Part shown: piece after piece, positions 16,529 to 25,329 of the stretch | Layout of the letters: every line of letters starts with the position of its first letter | Numbering within the stretch: position 1 is the stretch's first letter | IMG/VR virus record: IMGVR_UViG_3300046710_000543 | Location: 1 to 32,835 of that record | From: a virus | Taxonomy: Duplodnaviria > Caudoviricetes | Strand: one strand, 5' to 3' | DNA: 32,835 nt | Translations under genes and position numbers: made by a program | Notes under the pieces: model-generated | Told to the model about the DNA's origin: nothing | Database searches by the model: none | What the model saw: only the letters and a program-made list of their open reading frames with translations

Positions 16529-17211
16529 ACACGATTCGCAGAGTCATCCACCCGGCCCTCAAAATTATTGACGAGAAGAATTTCATCGCCGAGTTCACCG
16601 CCAGCGACGAAACCATTGACCTCACCAACGAGGTCATCCGCGCCGGCGGCTGGCGCTTCAAGTTGGCCAAGAAGAATTTCCCGATGGTCAACTCGCACGA
16701 CTATTCCGACATCCGCAATGTCCTCGGCAAGGTCATCGAGTTCGGCGTCGTCGCCGGCAAGCTCATGAACACGGTGCAGTATGCCTGCGACGTGGCGGAG
16801 AATCAGCTCGCCCAGTTCGCCTGGAAGATGACCTTGGCCAAATATCTTCCGGCTGTCAGCGTGGGCCTGGTGCCGCTCCTGGTGGCCACGCGCTGGGACG
16901 CGGACAAAAAAAATTACGAATCACAGCGCGCCGACCTGAAGCTCGCGCGCGAGCAGATGCCCGATGTGATCTACATCGAGCAGGAACAAATCGAACTTTC
17001 GCAATGTGTCATCGGCGCGAACCCCAACGCCGTGGCCAAAGCCTACAAGGCCGGCGTGCTCTCCGATGCCGACCTTGATTTCCTTTCCACCGAAGTTGCC
17101 AGAAACAAAATCGCCGACTCGACCGATGGTCCCGCTGCCGTCGAGAAGGCCCGCCAGCGGGTGCGGATGGCCACCTTGATGGAGTTCACCACGAAAATTA
17201 AAAAATTGTAA
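16525..17211 (+). CDS. HK97-type prohead protease
   Basis: ASDETID, NSHDY (His), AVSVG (Ser), ELSQCVIGANPNA; start ATG 16525. Confidence 0.88.
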   Translation: MNTIRRVIHPALKIIDEKNFIAEFTASDETIDLTNEVIRAGGWRFKLAKKNFPMVNSHDYSDIRNVLGKVIEFGVVAGKLMNTVQYACDVAENQLAQFAWKMTLAKYLPAVSVGLVPLLVATRWDADKKNYESQRADLKLAREQMPDVIYIEQEQIELSQCVIGANPNAVAKAYKAGVLSDADLDFLSTEVARNKIADSTDGPAAVEKARQRVRMATLMEFTTKIKKL

Positions 17212-17212
17212 T

Positions 17213-18718
17213 ATGCACAAACATAAATATCTCAAACCGTTCGCGCTGCCCGTGCTCGCACTCGTCGCGCTGCCACTCCTCCTCTGCATCGCGCTCTTCG
17301 CCTTCGTCATGCTGCCCGCCGCGGCCCAGGCCGGCGTGAGCTGCGCCATCGCACCGCTCGTCATCCCCAAGGGCAAGGCGCTCACGGATGAGGAATTCCA
17401 GGCCACACTCTTCGGCGGCGTCAACTCGCTCATCGAAGAGCAGGGCACCTTCAAATCCGCGCAACAGAAAATCCTCGATGACCTCGGCCGGTCCGACAAG
17501 GAAGTCAAGGCCTCGCTCGAAGACCTGACCAAGGTCAAGAACACCACCAACGCCACGTTCGAGGACATCATGAAGCGCATGGAAAAGGTGCAGCGCCAGG
17601 TGATGCTGAACAGCCGCTCCAGTTTCCGCTCGCCCATCGAGCGCGCGTTGGCTAGCGAGGAATTCCGGTTCAACCTCAACGCCATCGCCCGCTATTTGCT
17701 CGCGCAAAAAGACGGCAGCCTGGATCGCCTCGATCCCGCGTTTAAAAAGGCCGTGGACGATTACCGGCCCAAAGCCAAGGCACTCACCGGCGTTGACACC
17801 GGTCTCGGCCAGGCCACCGTGCCCACCGATACCTTCAACGAGATTTACGATCTCCTGTTGGAGTACGGCGATTACGCCACGCTCGGCGTGCAGCGCGTCG
17901 GCGCCCGCGTGAACGTCCTGCCCATTGCCACCAGCCGTCCGCAGTTTTACTGGATCGGCTCGCAAAGCACATTAGCGGAAGGTTCCACCATCACCAGCGG
18001 CGCCTTCACCGGCGGCCAGGTGATCAACATCATCAACACCTGCGCCGTGCTCATGTACGTCGCCCGCGAACTGCTCGCGGATTCCACCGTGGATCTCGCG
18101 CCTTACGTGATCCGGCAGATGGTCGAGTCCGCCAACTGGGGTCTGGACACCGCCGCCTTCATCGGCACCGGCAACATGGACACCACCAACGCCGGCTACG
18201 TCGGAATTTTCAACGCCGCGCTGGCCAACACGAACCTGGCTTGCGCCGCCGGCGCTGGCCGCACGACAGCCGGCATCCTGAAGATTGACGACTTTGTCAA
18301 CACGGTCCTCACCGTGTCGGCCCAGGTGCTCAATCGCAAACCCATGTGGTGGATGCACCCGCAGATGCTCGCCCGCATCGCGCTTATCCGCGATAACAAC
18401 GGCCGCCCGATCTTCCAGACCTGGCAGGAAGTGCCCAACCCCGGCAGCATCGGCAGCATTCTCGGCTACCGCATCCATCCCACGGCCATCGCGCCCACTA
18501 CGGACGGAGCCAGCCAGCCCGTCGCCGTCTTCGGCGATCCGCAAGGCCAGAGCGTCTGCATCCGCGAAGATTTGGAACTGGCCACCAGCGACGACATCGG
18601 CTTCCCGCAAAACCTGCGCGCCTTCCGCGCGCTGGTCCGCGCCGGTGTAAAAATCAAAACCCTCCCCGCGAGCACCACGCTCAAACCCTTCGCCGTCCTT
18701 TCGACCGCCGCGGCATAA
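17213..18718 (+). CDS. HK97-family major capsid protein with a hydrophobic N-terminal extension
   Basis: Coiled-coil delta domain, TVPTD..EI, ELLADS, DTAAFIGTG, WWMHP, RDNNGRPIF, ILGYRI, VFGD. Confidence 0.92.
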   Translation: MHKHKYLKPFALPVLALVALPLLLCIALFAFVMLPAAAQAGVSCAIAPLVIPKGKALTDEEFQATLFGGVNSLIEEQGTFKSAQQKILDDLGRSDKEVKASLEDLTKVKNTTNATFEDIMKRMEKVQRQVMLNSRSSFRSPIERALASEEFRFNLNAIARYLLAQKDGSLDRLDPAFKKAVDDYRPKAKALTGVDTGLGQATVPTDTFNEIYDLLLEYGDYATLGVQRVGARVNVLPIATSRPQFYWIGSQSTLAEGSTITSGAFTGGQVINIINTCAVLMYVARELLADSTVDLAPYVIRQMVESANWGLDTAAFIGTGNMDTTNAGYVGIFNAALANTNLACAAGAGRTTAGILKIDDFVNTVLTVSAQVLNRKPMWWMHPQMLARIALIRDNNGRPIFQTWQEVPNPGSIGSILGYRIHPTAIAPTTDGASQPVAVFGDPQGQSVCIREDLELATSDDIGFPQNLRAFRALVRAGVKIKTLPASTTLKPFAVLSTAAA

Positions 18719-18726
18719 ACCTGATC

Positions 18727-18773
18727 CCTCTTTTCCTCTCCCCGTCAAACGGGGAGAGGATCAAGGAGAGGGG
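18727..18773. repeat. REP-like palindromic element after the capsid gene
   Basis: CCTCTCCCCGT caa ACGGGGAGAGG (18735-18759) plus a GGAGAGGGG tail. Confidence 0.8.
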
Positions 18774-18809
18774 AAATTTAAAAACTGGAAAATTCAACGA
18801 CTGTAAAAT

Positions 18810-19841
18810 ATGAAAACTGAACACGAAATCAAAGCTCTTCCACTGGAAGAGAAACAGAAGCTCGTCATCGAGCTGCGCGCCATCAAACCCGGCGACAAGG
18901 CTTACGCCAACGCCAAAGCCATCATCGAACTCATCACCGGCCATTCCAAGTGGAAGGAGCCGAAGACCTTCGAGGTATTAAACATAACCAGCCACGACGT
19001 CAGTGTGGATGGCAACATCATTGCCCCCAATGCCACCGGCAAGATATACTTCTGGCAATATCTGGCGCTCGCACGCTTTTTGGAAGCTGCCCCTGAGTTG
19101 GAGGAAGAATTGGCCGTCAGAAAAGATGCATTCTGGGCACTCGAAGCAAGAAGCGCCGCATTGGCACCCAAGCCCGAAGCGCAAAATATCGCCGATACTG
19201 TCAAGACGGCCATTGCCGACGGCTTTGCCAGTCTTAAAGAGAACGCCGGCAAGGTTGCCGCGCTTATCGCATTGCTCGGCTGCCTGTTGTTTGCCTCCGG
19301 CGCGCAGGCGCAGGTGCAAACCACGGCCGTCGGCTCCGCCGGCAACTACCACACCTACTACGTCGCCGGCCTCAACGGTGGCACCAACAACATCGCCGCC
19401 GCCACCACGGCCGGGTTTACCGTGCCGGTCACCACCACGACGGGCATCATCACCAATGCCAGTTGGAACTTTTCCAACGGCATCTGGACCAACACGCTCA
19501 CCTTCACTACTAACACGAGCGTCAACGTTCCCGGCCTCCTCGCAATCCCCAACGTTGACCAGTTTGCGCTCACGTTCGGAGGCGCTTCCGTAACCGCGTC
19601 CAATGTCCTCGAAACCGCGAGCGTTGACTATTCGCCCGACTCCATCAACTGGCAGACCAACAAATGGTCGCTGATCATTACCACCATCGGCGTCGGCCAG
19701 GTCACCACCAACGTAGATGTGAACGGCTGTAACGGCGGGTACCTCCGGCTAAACAGCATCATCAACAGTTCCATGTACTACGCGCTGACCAATATCTTTT
19801 TCGAGGTCAGCGCCAAGGCCAGCCGCACCGGCCCGTTCTGA
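18810..19841 (+). CDS. Decoration/cement-like protein with an internal signal-peptide-like segment
   Basis: Follows the capsid gene; KVAALIALLGCLLFASGAQA at about aa 148-167; C-terminal YSPDSINW...GYLRL beta-sandwich pattern. Confidence 0.7.
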   Translation: MKTEHEIKALPLEEKQKLVIELRAIKPGDKAYANAKAIIELITGHSKWKEPKTFEVLNITSHDVSVDGNIIAPNATGKIYFWQYLALARFLEAAPELEEELAVRKDAFWALEARSAALAPKPEAQNIADTVKTAIADGFASLKENAGKVAALIALLGCLLFASGAQAQVQTTAVGSAGNYHTYYVAGLNGGTNNIAAATTAGFTVPVTTTTGIITNASWNFSNGIWTNTLTFTTNTSVNVPGLLAIPNVDQFALTFGGASVTASNVLETASVDYSPDSINWQTNKWSLIITTIGVGQVTTNVDVNGCNGGYLRLNSIINSSMYYALTNIFFEVSAKASRTGPF

Positions 19842-19855
19842 GGCCCGTTAAAGCC

Positions 19856-20050
19856 ATGTTAATTCAGCCGCCAAAGGACAAGATGATGCGACGGAGCGGG
19901 GTTATTACCCGCCCGGCGCCGACTCCTCTTTTGGCGGTTTCTGCACCACGACGTTCGACAACGTCGGACATTTTGCCAAAATCAAACTCAAAAATTCCCG
20001 GTTCGCGTCCGCGGCTCGTCACGAGCGTTGAACCCAACCCAGGAGACTAA
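19856..20050 (+). CDS. Small basic protein (64 aa)
   Basis: PPKDKMMR start; in operon. Confidence 0.55.
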   Translation: MLIQPPKDKMMRRSGVITRPAPTPLLAVSAPRRSTTSDILPKSNSKIPGSRPRLVTSVEPNPGD

Positions 20051-20054
20051 CGAC

Positions 20055-20099
20055 ATGAAGTTTCAGCCTTTAGCCTTTAGCCTTCAGCCTTCGCCATGA
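20055..20099 (+). other. Heptamer-encoded mini-ORF MKFQPLAFSLQPSP
   Basis: AGGAG at 20041-20045, ATG 20055, TGA overlapping ATG 20096; array at 20061-20091. Confidence 0.6.
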
Positions 20100-20767
20100 A
20101 CGCCGGCTTTTCCAATCTCACCACGCTCAAAGCCTACCTGCTCGCCGCATCACTGCGCAGTCGCACAGACTTTGACGGCGCCATCACGGCCATCGGCCAT
20201 GGCGTGGCCGGCCTGTTTGGAACTTTCTGCAACCGCGATTTTGCTTATCTTGCCGGCGCGCAGGACGTCACCCAGGGCGATCGCGAATTCTGGTACTGCC
20301 GGCGCGCGCCTGTCACCCGGTTCACCAACGTCGAACTCCGCTTTTTCCGCGCCGATAACTGGATCAGCATCTTCGGACAGCCCCTCGCCGCCGATGAAGC
20401 CAAGGGGCTGATTCATTTCGGCTACACGCTCGGACGGAGTCCCATACAAGTGCGAATCACCTACAACGGAGGGTTCTGGTGGGAACAACTTGAACCAGCG
20501 GACATCGGCTATCCCACCGCCGTCCCCGTCGACATCACCAACAACGCCGCCGGCATTTCGCCCGCGCTGTTCAATTTGCCACCCGACCTGTTGAGCGCCT
20601 GGCTCGTGCAGTGTGAAATCTTTTGGAAGATGCGCGACAAGCTCGGCGTGGGAATTATTGGCACCGAAACGAAAGGCCGCGGCCCGCTTTACGCCATCAA
20701 CGATCTAGATCTGGCGCCGGTCGTTAAAACCATGTTAACGCCCTATAAACGCTACCAACTCACCTGA
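20096..20767 (+). CDS. Head-tail adaptor (gp6-like)
   Basis: LTTLKAYL...FCNRDF...ITYNGG...LPPDL...VKTMLTPYKR. Confidence 0.8.
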   Translation: MNAGFSNLTTLKAYLLAASLRSRTDFDGAITAIGHGVAGLFGTFCNRDFAYLAGAQDVTQGDREFWYCRRAPVTRFTNVELRFFRADNWISIFGQPLAADEAKGLIHFGYTLGRSPIQVRITYNGGFWWEQLEPADIGYPTAVPVDITNNAAGISPALFNLPPDLLSAWLVQCEIFWKMRDKLGVGIIGTETKGRGPLYAINDLDLAPVVKTMLTPYKRYQLT

Positions 20768-21369
20768 TGGCCGCCTCTTTCCAAATTAAAATCGCCCGCG
20801 ACCTGTCGCAGTCCAAGCTCAACGACCCAGCCGGCCTCGCCCGCGCGCTGCTCCATGCGATGGATTATCAAAACCAATTGACCGTCTCCCACATCCAGGA
20901 GGCTTACGCCAGTTTTCCAGCCGACCAACCGACGACGATGGAAGGGCTGCGCGTCATCTCCAACCGGCTGCGCTCCAGTTACCGCGCCAGCGACGCCACA
21001 ATCACCGCCGCCGGCGTCATGTCGGACATCGGTTCAAACGTCGTCTATGCGGGCATTCAGGAGTTTGGCGGACAGACCCGCGCGCACGACATTGTCGCCC
21101 GCAACGGCAAGGCGCTGGCCATCGGGTTCGGGGGAAAGTTTTTCAGCGGCGCGGATTTTAGCCAGGCCCTGAAGGGGCTGCGCGGCGACCGCCGTGCGCA
21201 GGGGTCGGAACTTTTTGCCGACATGAACGGAATAGTGTTCCGAAAAGTCGTCCATCATCCCGGCTCGGACATCCCGGCACGCCAGCCCATCCAGCGCGGC
21301 ATCGAGGACCGTCTGCCGGAATACAACGCGGCTTTTTCGGAAGTCATTGACCTCTTTTTCAAAAACTAA
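20767..21369 (+). CDS. Neck/tail completion protein (Mu gpG / virion morphogenesis family)
   Basis: LRSS...GSNVVYAGIQEFGG...IPARQP. Confidence 0.8.
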   Translation: MAASFQIKIARDLSQSKLNDPAGLARALLHAMDYQNQLTVSHIQEAYASFPADQPTTMEGLRVISNRLRSSYRASDATITAAGVMSDIGSNVVYAGIQEFGGQTRAHDIVARNGKALAIGFGGKFFSGADFSQALKGLRGDRRAQGSELFADMNGIVFRKVVHHPGSDIPARQPIQRGIEDRLPEYNAAFSEVIDLFFKN

Positions 21370-21842
21370 TGATGACGCTCAAAACATTGACCGACCTGGA
21401 GAGCGCGACCCTGGCGCCGCTGCTTGCCGCCGGCAAATCGCTGGCCGGCGCGTCCGTTGTTGTCGAAGACGTGCAGGATTTGAACACCGAGATCGTTCAA
21501 GCCATGTCCGACATCGGCCTGATGATCCTGCTCGGCACGCCGTCTTTTACCAATCGTTCCGGCACTTCCCCCGGCTCCATCGTCGCGGCCATCGATCAGG
21601 AAATCCTCATCGGCGAAGTCCCCGCCGTCTGGCGCAACGCGGGCGACACCAATGTCCATTGCCAGGTCGCCGCTCAGATTGTGTCCGTGGCGCTGCAAGG
21701 GCTGCTCCTGGGCACCAACCAGCGCCTGAGCGTCATCTCCGGCGAACCGCTCGGCACGTTCAAGGGAGAAGTAAAATCAAATCCGTCCGTGTTCCAATAC
21801 TACCGGCTGCACGTCGAAGTGACGATGAGCCTTCAACCATAA
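21369..21842 (+). CDS. Putative tail terminator
   Basis: Size and position before the tail tube gene. Confidence 0.55.
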   Translation: MMTLKTLTDLESATLAPLLAAGKSLAGASVVVEDVQDLNTEIVQAMSDIGLMILLGTPSFTNRSGTSPGSIVAAIDQEILIGEVPAVWRNAGDTNVHCQVAAQIVSVALQGLLLGTNQRLSVISGEPLGTFKGEVKSNPSVFQYYRLHVEVTMSLQP

Positions 21843-21872
21843 CACTCAACCAACAACACTCAACCAACAACC
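21830..21872. repeat. Heptamer-based array (TCAACCA/ACAACAC) across a gene junction
   Basis: ttcaacc ataacac tcaacca acaacac tcaacca acaacca, then ttATG. Confidence 0.8.
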
Positions 21873-21875
21873 ATT

Positions 21876-22430
21876 ATGCAAGCCCAACCATCCGTCATCG
21901 CCACTGGCGATTTCCTGTACTTCGCGCCTTCCGGCAAGGCGTTCACCATTCCCGGAGCCGGCACTGTGTCGGCCACGGCCAAACCCGACCCCACTGACAC
22001 CGTCTGGACGACTTACGCCCTCGGCACGGTCAAGAAGCCGACCAGCGACAAGGTCACGTCCAAGGAGGCCAAGATCACCGCGCCCATGCCCGGCACCGGA
22101 ATCATCACCACGCGCCAGATCCTCCGCACGGAGCATGACCTGGTCATGACCGTGGAGATGAACGAAGTCAGCCGCCTTGCGCTGGCCGGCTTTTACAAAG
22201 CCGCGCTCATTGAAGTGGCGGACACCTCGTTCCATCCTCTCGGCGGTCCCGGCAGCATCATGGGCTGGCTCAAGCGCCAGCGCTACGACGCCACCAACGG
22301 TCTCTACATCGTGGACGACTGGTGGGTGGACATGAACGTCACCGACATCTCCGTCGGCGAAAACAACATAATCAACCCGAAGTTCGAGTTCACCTGGCTG
22401 TACAGCGCCCTCGCTGGCAGCGCGATCTGA
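21876..22430 (+). CDS. Major tail tube protein
   Basis: 184 aa, beta-rich, GDFLYF...WTTYALGTV; synteny. Confidence 0.7.
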   Translation: MQAQPSVIATGDFLYFAPSGKAFTIPGAGTVSATAKPDPTDTVWTTYALGTVKKPTSDKVTSKEAKITAPMPGTGIITTRQILRTEHDLVMTVEMNEVSRLALAGFYKAALIEVADTSFHPLGGPGSIMGWLKRQRYDATNGLYIVDDWWVDMNVTDISVGENNIINPKFEFTWLYSALAGSAI

Positions 22431-22433
22431 AGC

Positions 22434-22463
22434 GAAGGCTGAATGCTAAAGGCTAAAGGCTAA
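22434..22463. repeat. Heptamer array (TAAAGGC family)
   Basis: gaaggc tgaatgc taaaggc taaaggc taa. Confidence 0.85.
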
Positions 22464-22485
22464 AAAAAGAACCGAGGAAAGAACT

Positions 22486-22659
22486 ATGACAAAAAACTTT
22501 ACTGGCGAGAGGCCGGGAACCATTGACCATCGCAATCCGCCCAAGCCGCAGGCGGCAACCAAGTCCGATCCGAAGCCGGATCATTTCACGCGGGAGAAAA
22601 CCGCGCCGATCAGCGCCCCGGCCAAAAAGCCGGACGCCGCGAAACCGAAATCCGCGTAA
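22486..22659 (+). CDS. 57-aa Pro/Lys/Ala-rich protein
   Basis: Translated by hand, MTKNFTGERP...KPKSA; GAGG upstream. Confidence 0.55.
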   Translation: MTKNFTGERPGTIDHRNPPKPQAATKSDPKPDHFTREKTAPISAPAKKPDAAKPKSA

Positions 22660-22670
22660 AAGGACTTCGT

Positions 22671-22694
22671 CCTCACGCGGCGGGCCGCGTGAGG
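22671..22694. other. GC-rich hairpin
   Basis: CCTCACGCGGC gg GCCGCGTGAGG. Confidence 0.75.
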
Positions 22695-22713
22695 GCGCAT
22701 CCACTTTTAATAT

Positions 22714-23796
22714 ATGAACTCTTTTTTACTGGGTTGTTTGGTTGCCTTGTTGTTCAACTTTCCGGCCCGCGCCGTCTACTTCGGCACCAACATTCCCGGC
22801 AACATCCCGCAGGCCAGCGTGTTCGCCACCAACATTCCCGGCAACATCCCGCTGTTCAGCGGCTACCAGTACTCAAACGTTGTTGCCGGCTTTTCCATCT
22901 TGCGAACGGCAACGAATTATTGGCTGAACACGGGGGCGCTGGTATCGGTGGAGTTGACCAATGGCGGGGCCTGGCGCATTGGTGGCAGCTGGATCGTGTC
23001 GAACGTCGCGGTGAGCGGCGGCGTGTCGCTGGTTATTACCTGCAGCCAGTATCTCGGTTTCACCACCGCGAATCACGACCTGCACGGCAATAAACTTTTA
23101 GGCCAGCATAACCTGACGAACAGAAACTTCGTAACCGTGTCTTGCGCCGGTGGACAATTCGACGCGACCCTTCCCGGCACTTACAATCCAGAATGTGAGA
23201 CGTTGACCGGCGATGTGTTCACCTGTTCTTGCTCGGGCGGCTTTACCAACTTTGATCTAAATTTTGATGGAGACAATGAGCCTTATTACAACGGTTGGAG
23301 AGTGATCGAACGGGCCGCGTTTTTGTCGTTCTATGGTGGCATTGGGTTCCATCCGACCACGGGAAGTTATTTCTCGGCACCCTCAGCCGAAATCACGCCC
23401 GGAGCCAATTACGCCGAATTCGATTTAAGTTCGGGCGGGTACGTTCTCGTCTGCGACATTGGGCAGTTCGATTGCCACAACAAAAATTTTAACATGCTGG
23501 ACCCCGGCGATGGTGGAGGGATCATTTTCACGCGGCCGACTTATTTCACAAACTGGGCTGTTAACGGCATGCAACTGATCAGTTGCCCGGCATTGGCCGG
23601 GATGGCTTATACGAACGGCGTGGCGATAGCCAACCCACAGTTGAACTTCGTGGCATTGAGAACGAATGCCTGGACTGCCTCCGAACTTTCGCCGGGGAAC
23701 GGGTTTGGCTTGTGGCATTCCAACCGGACGGACTTGTACTTCAATCGGAACTCAGCGGGCACGATCCAAACGTATAAAATCGGCTCAATTCCGTAA
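22714..23796 (+). CDS. Exported Thr/Asn/Cys-rich protein
   Basis: Signal peptide ending PARA; TNIPGNIP twice (26-nt duplication, 22785-22810 and 22827-22852). Confidence 0.8.
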   Translation: MNSFLLGCLVALLFNFPARAVYFGTNIPGNIPQASVFATNIPGNIPLFSGYQYSNVVAGFSILRTATNYWLNTGALVSVELTNGGAWRIGGSWIVSNVAVSGGVSLVITCSQYLGFTTANHDLHGNKLLGQHNLTNRNFVTVSCAGGQFDATLPGTYNPECETLTGDVFTCSCSGGFTNFDLNFDGDNEPYYNGWRVIERAAFLSFYGGIGFHPTTGSYFSAPSAEITPGANYAEFDLSSGGYVLVCDIGQFDCHNKNFNMLDPGDGGGIIFTRPTYFTNWAVNGMQLISCPALAGMAYTNGVAIANPQLNFVALRTNAWTASELSPGNGFGLWHSNRTDLYFNRNSAGTIQTYKIGSIP

Positions 23797-23809
23797 ACCC
23801 CGCACCACC

Positions 23810-24616
23810 ATGAACAACACAAAAAAGAATCTGCTTTCTGCTTTCCGCCGGCCCGTGAAGTCTTTGCTCCTTGCTTCACTGGGCTGCTTTCTGCTTTGGC
23901 TTTTCCCGGCCAGCGCCCAATTTTCAACCAATCCCATCGGCACCATCCCAGCCACCAACAGTTTCGGGACCAATGCTTATCTTTGGGGGACGAACAGCCA
24001 GGCATTTACCACCAACAAGCCAGGCAATATCTCGCCGACCAACGCCTTCGGGACCAACGCGATCCACTTTGGCACCAACAGCACCGCGTTTGCCACGAAC
24101 GCGCCGGGGACCGCATCGCTGCCGCTGCAGACGAATATTTATCTGGTCGGGACCAATCTGGTCACCAACATCTTTTCCGGCCGGTTCTCCACCAACGCGC
24201 CCGGCAATCGCACAAACTCCGGCACGTTCACCGGAACGGCGGGACGGATCGCAATCATTACGGGTGTCAGCAATTTGGTGACGACGATCATGACGAATTA
24301 TTCATTAATCGTGAGCAATGCCGGCTGCTCCTCCATGAACGGGTTCTATGACTGGACGGGAAACAATTACTACGTGATGCCCGGCGGCACGAACATAATT
24401 GACTGGCGCTCCTACCCCCCCAGCACGCTTAAAAGCAATTCCACCGTCGAATATCTCTCCGGCGGAACTCTTACAGGTACCTATGGCACGAACAGTTACG
24501 GAAGCACTTATCCCGTTGGGATTGGTCCTCTGCCGACAGTTTTGGATTCTGCAACGCGGTTTGTCCTGTCAACCAATCTGGCCAGTACCATCAGTTACAC
24601 CACCAATTATCCCTAA
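23810..24616 (+). CDS. Exported TN-repeat protein
   Basis: ATG 23810; signal peptide ending PASA; 19 TN dipeptides counted. Confidence 0.8.
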   Translation: MNNTKKNLLSAFRRPVKSLLLASLGCFLLWLFPASAQFSTNPIGTIPATNSFGTNAYLWGTNSQAFTTNKPGNISPTNAFGTNAIHFGTNSTAFATNAPGTASLPLQTNIYLVGTNLVTNIFSGRFSTNAPGNRTNSGTFTGTAGRIAIITGVSNLVTTIMTNYSLIVSNAGCSSMNGFYDWTGNNYYVMPGGTNIIDWRSYPPSTLKSNSTVEYLSGGTLTGTYGTNSYGSTYPVGIGPLPTVLDSATRFVLSTNLASTISYTTNYP

Positions 24617-24620
24617 TATT

Positions 24621-25070
24621 ATGGACAAAAACACCACGCTCTTCGGCGGCAAAACCATCACCGTCCACTTTGAATCAATCTTCGCCGACGGCTCGACCAC
24701 GCCGGACGCGCAAGTCAAGGTCCGGCAGATCCCGGTGCGCGAGTACGAGACGGGATTTCCGTTCGTGGATGACGAGCCGGCCCTGGCTGGATTTCTCTGC
24801 GGCAAAGACAAACCCTGGGCGATCAACTTGACCCCCGAATCTTTTGAGGAAGTCCTGACCATCGGTCGGGAGGTCAATGCGAAGGGTTTTTTTTCCTTCT
24901 GCCAGCGCCGTACGGAACGCGCGGCGCGCGAGCAGGCGGCTATGATTGGCATCATGGCCACGCTGCCGCCGGAGACGCTGAAGGCGGCGATGGAGCGGGG
25001 TCTGGCGATACAGGCACAATCTCGCTCGCCGATCTTGTCGCCCGGATTTGTGTCGCCACCGGCCAGATAG
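24621..25070 (+). CDS. Tail assembly chaperone (gpG-like)
   Basis: ATG 24621; EVNAKGFF motif with a slippery site; precedes the tape measure gene. Confidence 0.8.
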   Translation: MDKNTTLFGGKTITVHFESIFADGSTTPDAQVKVRQIPVREYETGFPFVDDEPALAGFLCGKDKPWAINLTPESFEEVLTIGREVNAKGFFSFCQRRTERAAREQAAMIGIMATLPPETLKAAMERGLAIQAQSRSPILSPGFVSPPAR

Positions 25071-25240
25071 ACCGCGAACTGGCCACGGCGCAGACGCTGG
25101 AATGGCTGCAGTTGCTGGCGGACGCCGCAGCGCGGCAGCGCACGATGGAATTGCTGGATGCCGCCGTGGCCGCCCGCGCCGGCCAGGCCACCGTGGACGG
25201 GTTTAAAGATTTTACGAGAGAGCTGAAAACCAAATTATGA
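24621..25240 (+). CDS. Frameshifted tail chaperone (gpGT-like), -1 shift at 24884-24893
   Basis: G GGT TTT TTT; the -1 frame is open to TGA 25238-25240 (...LEWLQLLADAAARQR...AARAG). Confidence 0.8.
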
Positions 25241-25329
25241 AAGCAGAAAGCAGAAAGCAGAAATGGGGCACCGGCTGCCCGGCCGATTTCAGCTTTCCCA
25301 ATTTCTACTTTCTGCTTTTGCTTTTGTGA
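25237..25329 (+). other. Inverted heptamer arrays forming the mini-ORF MKAESRKQKWGTGCPADFSFPNFYFLLLLL
   Basis: ATGA overlap with the gpGT stop and GTGA overlap with the tape measure start. Confidence 0.6.

Noticed and set aside
22785-22852. DGR template/variable repeat pair
   Set aside because: Identical 26-nt in-gene duplication with no adenine-specific mismatches and no reverse transcriptase.
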